DNA of 64,000 bases from an uncultured Anaerolineaceae bacterium (lineage in GTDB: Bacteria > Chloroflexota > Limnocylindria > Limnocylindrales > CSP1-4): NCBI GenBank assembly GCA_964579825.1, contig CAZOHT010000007.1:3540-67539 (forward strand). Direction: 5' to 3'. Below are positions 17,064-25,353 of the stretch, in pieces. The notes under the pieces are model-generated. The model made no database searches and was not told where the DNA came from. It saw only the letters and a program-made list of their open reading frames with translations. The first letter of the stretch is position 1. Every line of letters starts with the position of its first letter. The position numbers and the translations under genes are program-made.

Positions 17064-17098
17064 GGCACGACGATGGTAGTCCTCGGTACACTGCGCTC
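17064..17098. promoter_or_regulatory. 35-bp divergent control region with two -10-like hexamers
   Basis: TACACT (17087-17092) lies 6 nt before GTG 17099. TACCAT on the minus strand (17078-17073) lies 9 nt before ATG 17063. There is no Shine-Dalgarno on either side. Confidence 0.4.
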
Positions 17099-19219
17099 GT
17101 GCCCCGACCCCCCAAGCCAGACGACCTGTACCGCCTGCGCATCCCGATCGGCGTTCGCCTGTCGCCGGACGGTCGAAGTGTCGTCACGGCGCTCAAGACC
17201 GTCGCGCCCGGCTTCGATGGCTACCGCCACGCGCTCTGGCTGGTCCCGACCGACGGCGGCGAGCCGCGCCAACTGACGATCGGTGCGAAGAACGACTGGC
17301 ATGCGCGCTTCTCGCCCGACGGCAGGACGATCGCCTTCCTGTCGGACCGGCGCACCGTGGTCGAGGAGGAGCCCGAGCGCTCGTCCGTCAAGGACCGCGA
17401 AGACGCGTTGCAGGTCTACCTGCTCCCGGTCCATGGTGGCGAAGCCCGCCGATTGACCGACCTGCCGCGCGGCGTCTCCGACGTCGAGTGGTCGCCCGAC
17501 GGGTCGCAGCTCGTCGTCGTGAGCGCGTCGTACGCGGCCGACTTCAAGGCGGACCGGAAGGTCCGGGGGCTCGCCAAGTCGGCCGAGCCGGGCTCGCCGC
17601 CGCCGTCCGACTATCGGTTCGTGGACCGCCTCGACTACATGCTCAACGGCGAAGGGTTCACCTACGACCAGATCGATCATCTCTGGCTGGTGGACGCCGC
17701 GACCGGCGAGGCGACCCGACTGACGGACGGCTCGACCGCCGAGCACACCCCGGCCTGGTCGCCGGACGGGACGCGGATCGCGTTCTCGGCCGATCGCCGG
17801 CGCGACCACGACCTCGCCTTCCGCTCGGACCTGTACACGATCGACGTCAAGACCCGAAACACGACGGCCATCACCGCCGGGCCGAAGTCGTTCTTCACCG
17901 ACCCCACCTGGATGCCGGACGGCCGCACGATCGTGGCGCTGGGGCATCGATTCCCGAGTCATGCCGCCTCGCGCAACGACCTCTGGCTGTTCGCGGCGGA
18001 CGGATCCGATGCGAACCCGGAGGGTGGGCGAAACCTCTCGGGCGAGCACGACCTGATGCCCGGTTCCGGGATGAACAGCGACATCACCATCGGCGACGCG
18101 ATCCGTGTCATCCCGTCCCAGGACGGCACGTGGCTGACGTTCACCGCCCCGATCCAGGGCGCCTACGAACTGTTCCGGATCGCCGTCAAGGACGGCCGCC
18201 TCGAGCGGATCACGGACGACCCGCACTACATCTCGGGTTGGGACGGGATCCCGGGGGAGGGGATCGAGGGCCGGCTCCGGATCGCCTACCTGCGCTCCAC
18301 GCCGACCGAGGCGCCGGACCTGTTCTGGATGGACGGTCGGTCGCATCCGAGGCGGCTGACCGAGTTCAACAAGGACGTCCTCGCCGACATCGAGCTCCGC
18401 CCGGCGCAGGAGCGCCACGTCACCGTCGATGGGTGGGACGTCCAGGGCTGGTTCATCCCGGGCGGCTCTAACACGGCCGCGCGGCCGCTCGTCCTCGAGA
18501 TCCATGGCGGCCCGCACACGCTCTACGGCTGGTCGCCGATGTGGGAGTTCCAGGTCCTCGCGGGTGCCGGGATCGGCGTCTTCTACAGCAACCCGCGTGG
18601 CTCCGAGGGCTACGGAGAGGCGTTCAACGACGCCAACCACCGCGACTGGGGACCCGGGCCGACGCGCGATGTGCTGGCGGGCGTGGAGTCGCTGGTCAAG
18701 GACGGGCTCGCGGACCCGGACCGGCTCGGCGTCACCGGCGGCTCGTATGGCGGGTATCTGACCAACTGGATCGTCGCGCACGACCATCGATTCCGCGCGG
18801 CGATGACCTGCCGATGCGTGACGGACATGGGGATGCTCTTCCTGACCGGCGACATCAGCGGTGGCGAGTGGGCCACGCTCGAGTTCGACGTGACGCCGTG
18901 GGAGGATCCGGCCTACTTCCGCGAGATCTCGCCGCTCACGTACGCCGATCGGATCAAGACGCCACTCCTCATCCAGCACTCCGAGCGCGACATCCGCACC
19001 ACCATCGGCCAGGCCGAGGCGCAGTTCACCGTCATGCGCTCACTCAAGAAGCAGGTCCGCCTGATGCGCGTCCCCGAGGAGACCCACGAGCTGACGCGCT
19101 CCGGCACGCCGTTCCGCCGCGTCGAGAACCTCGAGATCGTGCGCAGCTGGTTCACGCACTTCCTGGTCCAGGGCAAGCGCGGGATGCCGCCCCTCCCGAA
19201 GGTGCGCGCGGGCCGCTGA
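17099..19219 (+). CDS. S9 family serine peptidase (prolyl oligopeptidase / acylaminoacyl peptidase-like)
   Basis: 706 aa. The N-terminal beta-propeller has repeated ..SPDG.. blades. The C-terminal alpha/beta hydrolase has the GGSYGGYL nucleophile elbow. Confidence 0.88.
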   Translation: MPRPPKPDDLYRLRIPIGVRLSPDGRSVVTALKTVAPGFDGYRHALWLVPTDGGEPRQLTIGAKNDWHARFSPDGRTIAFLSDRRTVVEEEPERSSVKDREDALQVYLLPVHGGEARRLTDLPRGVSDVEWSPDGSQLVVVSASYAADFKADRKVRGLAKSAEPGSPPPSDYRFVDRLDYMLNGEGFTYDQIDHLWLVDAATGEATRLTDGSTAEHTPAWSPDGTRIAFSADRRRDHDLAFRSDLYTIDVKTRNTTAITAGPKSFFTDPTWMPDGRTIVALGHRFPSHAASRNDLWLFAADGSDANPEGGRNLSGEHDLMPGSGMNSDITIGDAIRVIPSQDGTWLTFTAPIQGAYELFRIAVKDGRLERITDDPHYISGWDGIPGEGIEGRLRIAYLRSTPTEAPDLFWMDGRSHPRRLTEFNKDVLADIELRPAQERHVTVDGWDVQGWFIPGGSNTAARPLVLEIHGGPHTLYGWSPMWEFQVLAGAGIGVFYSNPRGSEGYGEAFNDANHRDWGPGPTRDVLAGVESLVKDGLADPDRLGVTGGSYGGYLTNWIVAHDHRFRAAMTCRCVTDMGMLFLTGDISGGEWATLEFDVTPWEDPAYFREISPLTYADRIKTPLLIQHSERDIRTTIGQAEAQFTVMRSLKKQVRLMRVPEETHELTRSGTPFRRVENLEIVRSWFTHFLVQGKRGMPPLPKVRAGR

Positions 19220-19311
19220 TCCCGTTCCCGTCATCGGAACGTCGTCCGACCGTCACGTGACCCGCGCATCATCCGGATCGACGACTCGCCGAACCGTCCA
19301 TCTGGTGCGCC

Positions 19312-20511
19312 TTGGGCCCGACCTTGCTCTTTGCCTTCGTTGCCGGGATCCTCACGATCCTGTCGCCGTGCATCCTGCCGGTCGTCCCGTTCATCGTGGG
19401 TACGGCCAGCACGGACTCGCGCCGCCGGCTGGTGGGGATCGTCGCCGGCTTCACCGGCATGTTCCTCGCGGTGACCGTCCTCCTGGCGTCCGTTCTGGCT
19501 GCGGCCGGGTTGACCACGGATCGGCTCAGGCTACTAAGCGTGATCCTGCTCTTCGTCTTCGGGGCGACACTGGCCGTCCCACGCCTGGGTCGATGGTTCG
19601 AGGCTCGGGCCGTCCTGCCGGCCCGGATCGGCGCGGTCGTGTTCGATCAACGACCAGGATCCGGGCTTGCCGGCGGGGTCGCTCTTGGTGCGGCGATCGG
19701 CTTGGTCTGGGCGCCGTGTGTCGGGCCGATCATGGCCGCCGTGATCGCCACGGCCGTGACCGCGGGTCCGACGCTGGATGTCGTCGCGATCGCCCTCGCG
19801 TACGCGCTCGGGGCGGCCGTCCCGTTGATGCTCGTCGGTGGCCTTGGCCGCCGGGCCCTCGATTCGATGGGATCCGCCGGACGACGCATCCACATCACCC
19901 AGGGCTTCGGCGTTCTGACCATGACGTCCGCATTGCTCATCGCGACGGGCTACGACGCGCCCCTCCAGGCGGCGGTCGCCGATCGCTTGCCGGCCGGGTG
20001 GTCCGCCGGGCTCACCGCTGTCGAGGCCGTCGGTGCCCCACAGGAGGACCAGTCGGTGGCATTGGAAGACCTTGGGATGGCTCCCGATCTGACGGGTATC
20101 ACGGCATGGATCAATAGCGATCCGCTCACCCTGGCCGCACTTCGCGGGAAGGTCGTGTTGGTCCACTTCTGGACCTTCGGTTGCATCAACTGCATCCATG
20201 TCCAGCCGTACGTCAAGGCCTGGTACGACAAGTACGGGGCCCAGGGCTTCGTGGTCATCGGAGTCCACACGCCGGAGCTGTCGTTCGAGCGGGAGATCGC
20301 CAATGTCCGCGCCTCGGTCGCCGAAACGGACGTTCGGTTTCCGGTCGCCTTCGATCCGGACTACCGGACGTGGCGAGCGTTCGGGAATCGCTACTGGCCG
20401 GCCTTCTACTTCATCGACAAGGCCGGCCATATCCGCTACACCCACTTCGGGGAAGGCGGCTACGACGGGTCGGAGTCGGTCATCCGCGAGCTCCTGGCGG
20501 AGCCTCTCTGA
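19312..20511 (+). CDS. CcdA/DsbD-type membrane domain fused to a thioredoxin-like domain (DipZ-like)
   Basis: 399 aa. The N-terminus ..ILSPCILPVVP.. is CcdA-like. The C-terminus WTFGCINCIH is a CxxC redoxin motif. Confidence 0.8.
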   Translation: MGPTLLFAFVAGILTILSPCILPVVPFIVGTASTDSRRRLVGIVAGFTGMFLAVTVLLASVLAAAGLTTDRLRLLSVILLFVFGATLAVPRLGRWFEARAVLPARIGAVVFDQRPGSGLAGGVALGAAIGLVWAPCVGPIMAAVIATAVTAGPTLDVVAIALAYALGAAVPLMLVGGLGRRALDSMGSAGRRIHITQGFGVLTMTSALLIATGYDAPLQAAVADRLPAGWSAGLTAVEAVGAPQEDQSVALEDLGMAPDLTGITAWINSDPLTLAALRGKVVLVHFWTFGCINCIHVQPYVKAWYDKYGAQGFVVIGVHTPELSFEREIANVRASVAETDVRFPVAFDPDYRTWRAFGNRYWPAFYFIDKAGHIRYTHFGEGGYDGSESVIRELLAEPL

Positions 20512-20579
20512 GCCGCGTTCGGATCGCGACTTCGTAGCGAGTCATCGGCCGGCCCTTGGACGCGATCGATGGGAAACCT

Positions 20580-20601
20580 CGAAGCCTCACGCTCGGCTTC
20601 G
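20580..20601 (+). terminator. hairpin downstream of the dipZ-like gene
   Basis: CGAAGCC-tcacgctc-GGCTTCG, 70 nt after the stop at 20511. No U-tract follows. Confidence 0.3.
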
Positions 20602-20728
20602 GCTCTTGCAGGAAGACTTGCGATCCGACGACGTCTCGATGGACCGTGACTCGCACGCCGACGGTGGGCTCGGCGTCGCCTTCGTCGCGTGCCGCGGAGC
20701 GCGGACCAGTGCAGGCGACCTGGGCTGG

Positions 20729-21427
20729 TCAGGTCCCGTTGTCGGTGGAGAGGTCCTTGTCCTCCATCTCCCAGGCATGGTCGAGCGTGTGGTAGGCGGC
20801 GTGTCGGATGAGGAACCAGAGCGTCCACGACCGCTTGGGCCGCTCGATCTCGCCCGCGTTGGCCGCGCGCAGCCCGGCCACGAAGTCCCTCCGGTGCTGC
20901 GCCAGTCCGTCCGGGCTGAGCGCGGCCTCCTCCGGGATCCGGATCCCGACCTGTTTCGCGAAGTCCTCGCTCTCGGTTCGGATGACATGCCGCACGATCC
21001 GATCCCGATCGCGCCCGCCGCCGCGCGGACCCTTGCGCATCTCCAGCGAGACACGTGCCGCGACATGATCGAAGAATGCCCAAGACGCCTGCAGGAGCGT
21101 GATCCTGCGATCGAGCTCGGCCTCGCTCATCGGCCCGTGCTCGGTCGACGACGACGAGAAGGAGAGGCCGTAGAAGTCGGTCATCCCGCTGCCGATCCGG
21201 TCCTCGATGATCTCGAGCGGCCCGGCGGCGTCGAATTCGACGGCCATCCCGGCGAGGTCCGCGACCGGCCGGTAGCGCTGCCGATAGGACTCGAGCGTCT
21301 CGAACGCGAGCTCGGGGGTCTTCGCGCCCCGATTCCAGCCTGGCCAGTCGAGGGCGAAGGCGACCGAGCGCTTCCCCTTGGGTCCGCGTTCGATGATCGT
21401 ACGGATGGGCATGGCGCCATAGTGCAC
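20729..21427 (-). CDS. hypothetical protein (weak DinB-like helical-bundle resemblance)
   Basis: 232-aa ORF with ordinary, non-repetitive composition (..WFLIRHAAYHTLDHAWEMED..). The start may be ATG 21412. Confidence 0.5.
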   Translation of the reverse strand: MHYGAMPIRTIIERGPKGKRSVAFALDWPGWNRGAKTPELAFETLESYRQRYRPVADLAGMAVEFDAAGPLEIIEDRIGSGMTDFYGLSFSSSSTEHGPMSEAELDRRITLLQASWAFFDHVAARVSLEMRKGPRGGGRDRDRIVRHVIRTESEDFAKQVGIRIPEEAALSPDGLAQHRRDFVAGLRAANAGEIERPKRSWTLWFLIRHAAYHTLDHAWEMEDKDLSTDNGT

Positions 21428-21504
21428 CAGGGCCGACGCGGCCGGACTCGCCCAGGCTCAATCTGCCGCGCTAGCCTTGCGCTACCACTGCATGGAGACG
21501 CGCG

Positions 21505-22179
21505 TTGAACCTGCTGCTGACGTCCGCCGGGATCAAGAACCCGAGTATCCGAGCCGCCCTGCTCGAGCTGCTCGGCAGGCCGATCGAGGACTGCACCGCG
21601 CTCGTCATCTCCACCGCGAGCTATCCGCTCCGGCACGGCCCGCAGCTCGCGCGTCGCTTCATCGCCGGCCTGGAGCCCGAGACGCCGATGGCCGAACTCG
21701 GCTGGACGTCGGTCGGCGCCCTCGAACTCACGGCCCTGCCCAGCCTCGAGCGAACGGTGTGGGTCCCGTGGGTCGAGGAGGCCGATGTCCTGCTGGTGAA
21801 CGGCGGCGACACGATCTACCTGGACTGCTGGATGCGCGAGTCCGGACTGGCCGAGCTGCTCCCCTCGCTGGACCTCGTGTACGTGGGCCTCAGCGCCGGT
21901 AGCCTGGTCATGTCGCCCGCGGTCGCGGACGACTTCGCATCCTGGACTCCGCCGGCCGGTGGCGAGGGGCTGGGCTTCGTCGACTTCGAGATCTTCCCGC
22001 ACCTGGACAACCCCGCCTTGCCGGAGAACACGATGGCCGATGCGGAACGATGGGCGGCTGGGCTGACGCGGCCCGGCTACGCGATCGACGACGAGACGGC
22101 GATCAAGGTGGTCGATGGCGTCGCCGAGGTGATCTCGGAGGGCCACTGGCGGCTGTTCGAGCCCTCTTGCCATGACTGA
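21505..22179 (+). CDS. peptidase S51 / type 1 glutamine amidotransferase-like protein
   Basis: 224 aa (MNLLLTSAGI...VYVGLSAGSLVM..). GGAGA sits 6 nt before the TTG start. Confidence 0.7.
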   Translation: MNLLLTSAGIKNPSIRAALLELLGRPIEDCTALVISTASYPLRHGPQLARRFIAGLEPETPMAELGWTSVGALELTALPSLERTVWVPWVEEADVLLVNGGDTIYLDCWMRESGLAELLPSLDLVYVGLSAGSLVMSPAVADDFASWTPPAGGEGLGFVDFEIFPHLDNPALPENTMADAERWAAGLTRPGYAIDDETAIKVVDGVAEVISEGHWRLFEPSCHD

Positions 22180-22432
22180 GGAGGTCGACCCGGGTTGGCG
22201 GTTCGTCAGCATCGGGTTCGAGGGCGACGCCACCGATGTCGGCGGTTTCGACCCGTGGACGGTGGGGTGGACCTCCACCGGTGGGCACATCGTCGTGGCT
22301 CACCCGCAGTACCCGAACCAGCGGCACACGTTCCCGACGTATGAGGTCACCGGAGTGACCCCGCCGGTCCGGTTCGCGGCCGGTGAGTACTCCAACAGCG
22401 TCTGGGGCTTCTTCGTCCCGGTCGAGAGCTGA
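22172..22432 (+). CDS. small hypothetical protein
   Basis: 86 aa. The start overlaps the end of the preceding gene (ATGACTGA). Composition is non-repetitive. Confidence 0.45.
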   Translation: MTEEVDPGWRFVSIGFEGDATDVGGFDPWTVGWTSTGGHIVVAHPQYPNQRHTFPTYEVTGVTPPVRFAAGEYSNSVWGFFVPVES

Positions 22433-22567
22433 TCGCCACCTGCGCGAGCGGTACAGCCCCGACGGTCCTGGATGTCCGGCGTGGCGGCGACCAGGGCCGA
22501 CGTTCTGGGCGACCGCGTCTGGCGGGCGGCCGTGCTCCCTTCCGCTCCGTGCCGGGAGCGTCCGACC

Positions 22568-22588
22568 TGATGCCGCTGATCGTCAGCA
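22568..22588. repeat. 19/21 copy of the 21-bp repeat found around the XRE gene
   Basis: TGATGCCGCTGATCGTCAGCA compared with TGATGCCGCTGATAGTCATCA (53796-53816). Confidence 0.7.
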
Positions 22589-22662
22589 GGAACAGGAGTG
22601 GATCCCAGGGCGCACCCCAGGAAGTGCCTCTGGACGACCGGTGTATCCTCTCGCTCCCATGA
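22570..22662 (+). CDS. possible 30-codon upstream ORF ending in ATGA on the deoC start codon
   Basis: ATG 22570 to TGA 22660-22662 encodes MPLIVSRNRSGSQGAPQEVPLDDRCILSLP. The stop overlaps deoC ATG 22659. No Shine-Dalgarno or -10 element supports it. Confidence 0.2.
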   Translation: MPLIVSRNRSGSQGAPQEVPLDDRCILSLP

Positions 22663-23639
22663 CCGCCACGAGACGCCCCGACAGCCCCGCGCGCGAGCGA
22701 GCCAACGAGCTCATCCGAGCGTGGGACCGGCGCCCCGGTCCGCTCGGGAACCTGCTCGGCCGGGTGACCTCGGTGGACCAGGTGGGGGTGGAGGAGCGGG
22801 TCGATTCGCTGAAGCGCCGGTCGATCAAGAAGGCGTCGAAGCTGTGGGCGCTGGACCTCTCGATCCGGATGATGGATCTCACCACGCTCGAGGGGAAGGA
22901 CACGCCCGGCAAGGTGCGCGCGCTGTGCGCCAAGGCGATGCGACCGCAGCCCGGCGACCCGACGATCCCCCATGTCGCCGCGATCTGCGTCTATCCCGCG
23001 CTCGTGGCCGAGGCGAAGGAGGCCCTGAAGGGTTCGGGCGTCAAGGTCGCCAGTGTCGCCACCGGCTTCCCGTCCGGCCAGACGTTCCGCGACATCAAGA
23101 TCGCCGAGACGCGCGCCGCGGTCGAAGCCGGCGCCGACGAGGTCGACATGGTCATCGACCGAGGCGCCTTCCTGTCGGGCGACTACGCCGCCGTCTTCGA
23201 GGAGATCGTCGACATCAAGGAGGCCGCCGGCGAGGCGCACCTCAAGGTCATCCTGGAGACCGGCGAGCTCGAGACGTACGACAACGTCCGCCGCGCGAGC
23301 GTCCTCGCGATGGCCGCCGGCGCCGACTTCATCAAGACCTCCACGGGCAAGGTGACACCCGCCGCGACCCTTCCGGTCACGCTGGTGATGCTCGAGGCGA
23401 TCCGCGACTTCGAACGCGCGACCGGCCGCCAGGTCGGCATGAAGCCGGCCGGTGGGATCCGAACCGCCAAGGAAGCGATCCAGTACCTCGTCGTCCTGTA
23501 CGAGACCCTCGGCCCGCGCTGGATGTCGCCCGACTGGTTCCGGTTCGGGGCCTCGTCGCTGCTCAACGACGTGCTGATGCAGATCCAGTTCCAGCGCAGC
23601 GGCCGCTACGCCGACCCGGACGACTTCACGCTCGACTGA
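22659..23639 (+). CDS. deoC: deoxyribose-phosphate aldolase (long form)
   Basis: 326 aa from ATG 22659. It has class I aldolase (DeoC) motifs (..DMVIDRGAF.. and ..FIKTSTGK..). TATCCT lies 9 nt upstream of the ATG. Confidence 0.88.
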   Translation: MTATRRPDSPARERANELIRAWDRRPGPLGNLLGRVTSVDQVGVEERVDSLKRRSIKKASKLWALDLSIRMMDLTTLEGKDTPGKVRALCAKAMRPQPGDPTIPHVAAICVYPALVAEAKEALKGSGVKVASVATGFPSGQTFRDIKIAETRAAVEAGADEVDMVIDRGAFLSGDYAAVFEEIVDIKEAAGEAHLKVILETGELETYDNVRRASVLAMAAGADFIKTSTGKVTPAATLPVTLVMLEAIRDFERATGRQVGMKPAGGIRTAKEAIQYLVVLYETLGPRWMSPDWFRFGASSLLNDVLMQIQFQRSGRYADPDDFTLD

Positions 23640-23641
23640 TC

Positions 23642-24718
23642 GTGACGCCTGTCGCCGCGGCCATCCCGCGGATCCGCGTCTCCGGCTCCCACCGCGAGGT
23701 CGGTCGCGGGGTCGGCGTCGCCACGGCGCCGACCCTCCGCGATGCCGTCGCCTTCGATGCCGCCCTGCCGCCAGGACGTTCCCGCGACGAGCAGCTGGCC
23801 CTGGCGCGGCGCTACCGCGAGGCGACCCTCGCCGGGACGCCCTGGCTGGTCGAAGAGATCGACGGAGCGGCCGAAGGTGCGGGCGTGGATCCGATCGCCT
23901 TGTTCGCCGCCTCGATCGAGGAGATCTGGACCGTGCGCCCGTCGCAGGCGACGGGCGGGGTGGCCGTCCAGGGCCGCTGCTCGGACCTGGTCGCCGGTCC
24001 GCCCGCGACGGCCGACGGACATCTCTGGGTCGCGCACACCAACGACCTGTCGCCGGCGTCCCGCGACGACGTCGTTGCGGTCGAGTGGCGTGTTCCTGGC
24101 GAGCCGGTCGTCTTCAGCCTCGGCATCGGACCGTGGATCAGCATCGGCTGGAACGACGCGGGACTGTCGCTGACCGGGAACGAACTGACGCCCGATGACG
24201 AGGTCGTCGGCGTGCCGCGCCTGCTGATGGTCCGTGAGCAGCTGACCGCCAGGTCCATGGACGGGGCCGTGGCGATGGCGCTGAGGCCGGACCGGTCGTC
24301 GTCCTACAACACCGTCTTCGGCATGCCGGATGGGCGGTTCGTGAACGTGGAGGGCTCCGCGACCGACGCGGAACTCGAAGGACTCGGCGCCGACGGACGG
24401 TTCGCGCACACCAATCACTACGCCTGCGCCCGGATGCTGAGCCATGAGGGCGACCCGGCGTACGCCGTCCTGTCCGGGGTGCGGCTCGACCGGGCCCGCG
24501 CGCTGCTGCGTTCGGCCGAGGATGGGTCGATCGATGCCGACTGGCTGCGCGCCGCCCTGTCCGACCACGCCAGCCATCCGTCCATCTGTCGACATCCCGA
24601 GACGGACGGCGTGAGCGCGACAGCGTTCTGGTGCATCGTCGACGTCACGGCCGGCGACATCCGATTCGGCCTGGGCAACCCGTGCGAGCCGGGGGAGGAG
24701 CGGTTCGCCTTCGGGTGA
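23642..24718 (+). CDS. peptidase C45 / acyl-CoA:6-aminopenicillanic-acid acyltransferase-like Ntn hydrolase
   Basis: 358 aa from GTG 23642, 3 nt after the deoC stop. The overall pattern (..GRCSDLV.., ..VAHTNDL.., ..FAHTNHY..) is consistent with the C45 family by eye only. Confidence 0.5.
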   Translation: MTPVAAAIPRIRVSGSHREVGRGVGVATAPTLRDAVAFDAALPPGRSRDEQLALARRYREATLAGTPWLVEEIDGAAEGAGVDPIALFAASIEEIWTVRPSQATGGVAVQGRCSDLVAGPPATADGHLWVAHTNDLSPASRDDVVAVEWRVPGEPVVFSLGIGPWISIGWNDAGLSLTGNELTPDDEVVGVPRLLMVREQLTARSMDGAVAMALRPDRSSSYNTVFGMPDGRFVNVEGSATDAELEGLGADGRFAHTNHYACARMLSHEGDPAYAVLSGVRLDRARALLRSAEDGSIDADWLRAALSDHASHPSICRHPETDGVSATAFWCIVDVTAGDIRFGLGNPCEPGEERFAFG

Positions 24719-24755
24719 TGCGGACGTGGCGTCGGATCGTCGGTCCATGACCGTG

Positions 24756-24777
24756 ACCTTAACGTTAACGTAAAGGT
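24756..24777. promoter_or_regulatory. AT-rich 22-bp near-palindrome, probable MerR-type operator
   Basis: ACCTTAACGTTAACGTAAAGGT has 20/22 self-complementary positions. It ends 5 nt before TAGCAT (24783-24788), which lies 7 nt before merR ATG 24796. Confidence 0.6.
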
Positions 24778-24795
24778 TGTGGTAGCATCCGGGAG

Positions 24796-25353
24796 ATGTC
24801 ATCGCCCCCGACCGCCCCGGCCACGCTGGCCCAGCCACCACTCCTCCGCATCCAGGAAGTCGCCGCCGAGACCGGCCTCACGACGCGCGCGATCCGCTAC
24901 TACGAAGAGATCGGCCTGCTCGAGCCGGCGGCCCGCTCGGATGGGGCCTATCGCCTGTACGACCCGAGCGACCTCGAGCGCCTGCGCTTCATCAAGAGCC
25001 TGCGTGACGATGCCGGCTTCTCGTTGGCCCAGGTCGGCCAGCTGCTCGAGGACGAACTCGCGCGCGAGCGCAACCGGGAACGCCTCAGGACCGCCCAGGA
25101 TCCGGACGAGCGGCGGGCGATCATCCTGGACGCCCGCGCCCGCGTCGACGGCCAGATCGCGACGCTCGAAGCCAAGGCCGCCCGCCTGGCCACGATGATC
25201 GACGAGGCGAGAGCCCGGCGCGCCCACATCGACGGCCACCTCGCCGAGCTCGACGGCGGGCCGGCGCCGCATCCACCGGTGGGGGGTGGCCAGCATCCAC
25301 CGCTCACCCAGCCTCCGCCGCTGGGTCGGGGCGGGCGGGAGCGCGGGCGGTGA
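24796..25353 (+). CDS. MerR family transcriptional regulator
   Basis: 185 aa with HTH IQEVAAETGLTTRAIRYYEEIGLL and a coiled-coil dimerisation helix. The stop overlaps the MFS gene start. Confidence 0.88.
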   Translation: MSSPPTAPATLAQPPLLRIQEVAAETGLTTRAIRYYEEIGLLEPAARSDGAYRLYDPSDLERLRFIKSLRDDAGFSLAQVGQLLEDELARERNRERLRTAQDPDERRAIILDARARVDGQIATLEAKAARLATMIDEARARRAHIDGHLAELDGGPAPHPPVGGGQHPPLTQPPPLGRGGRERGR

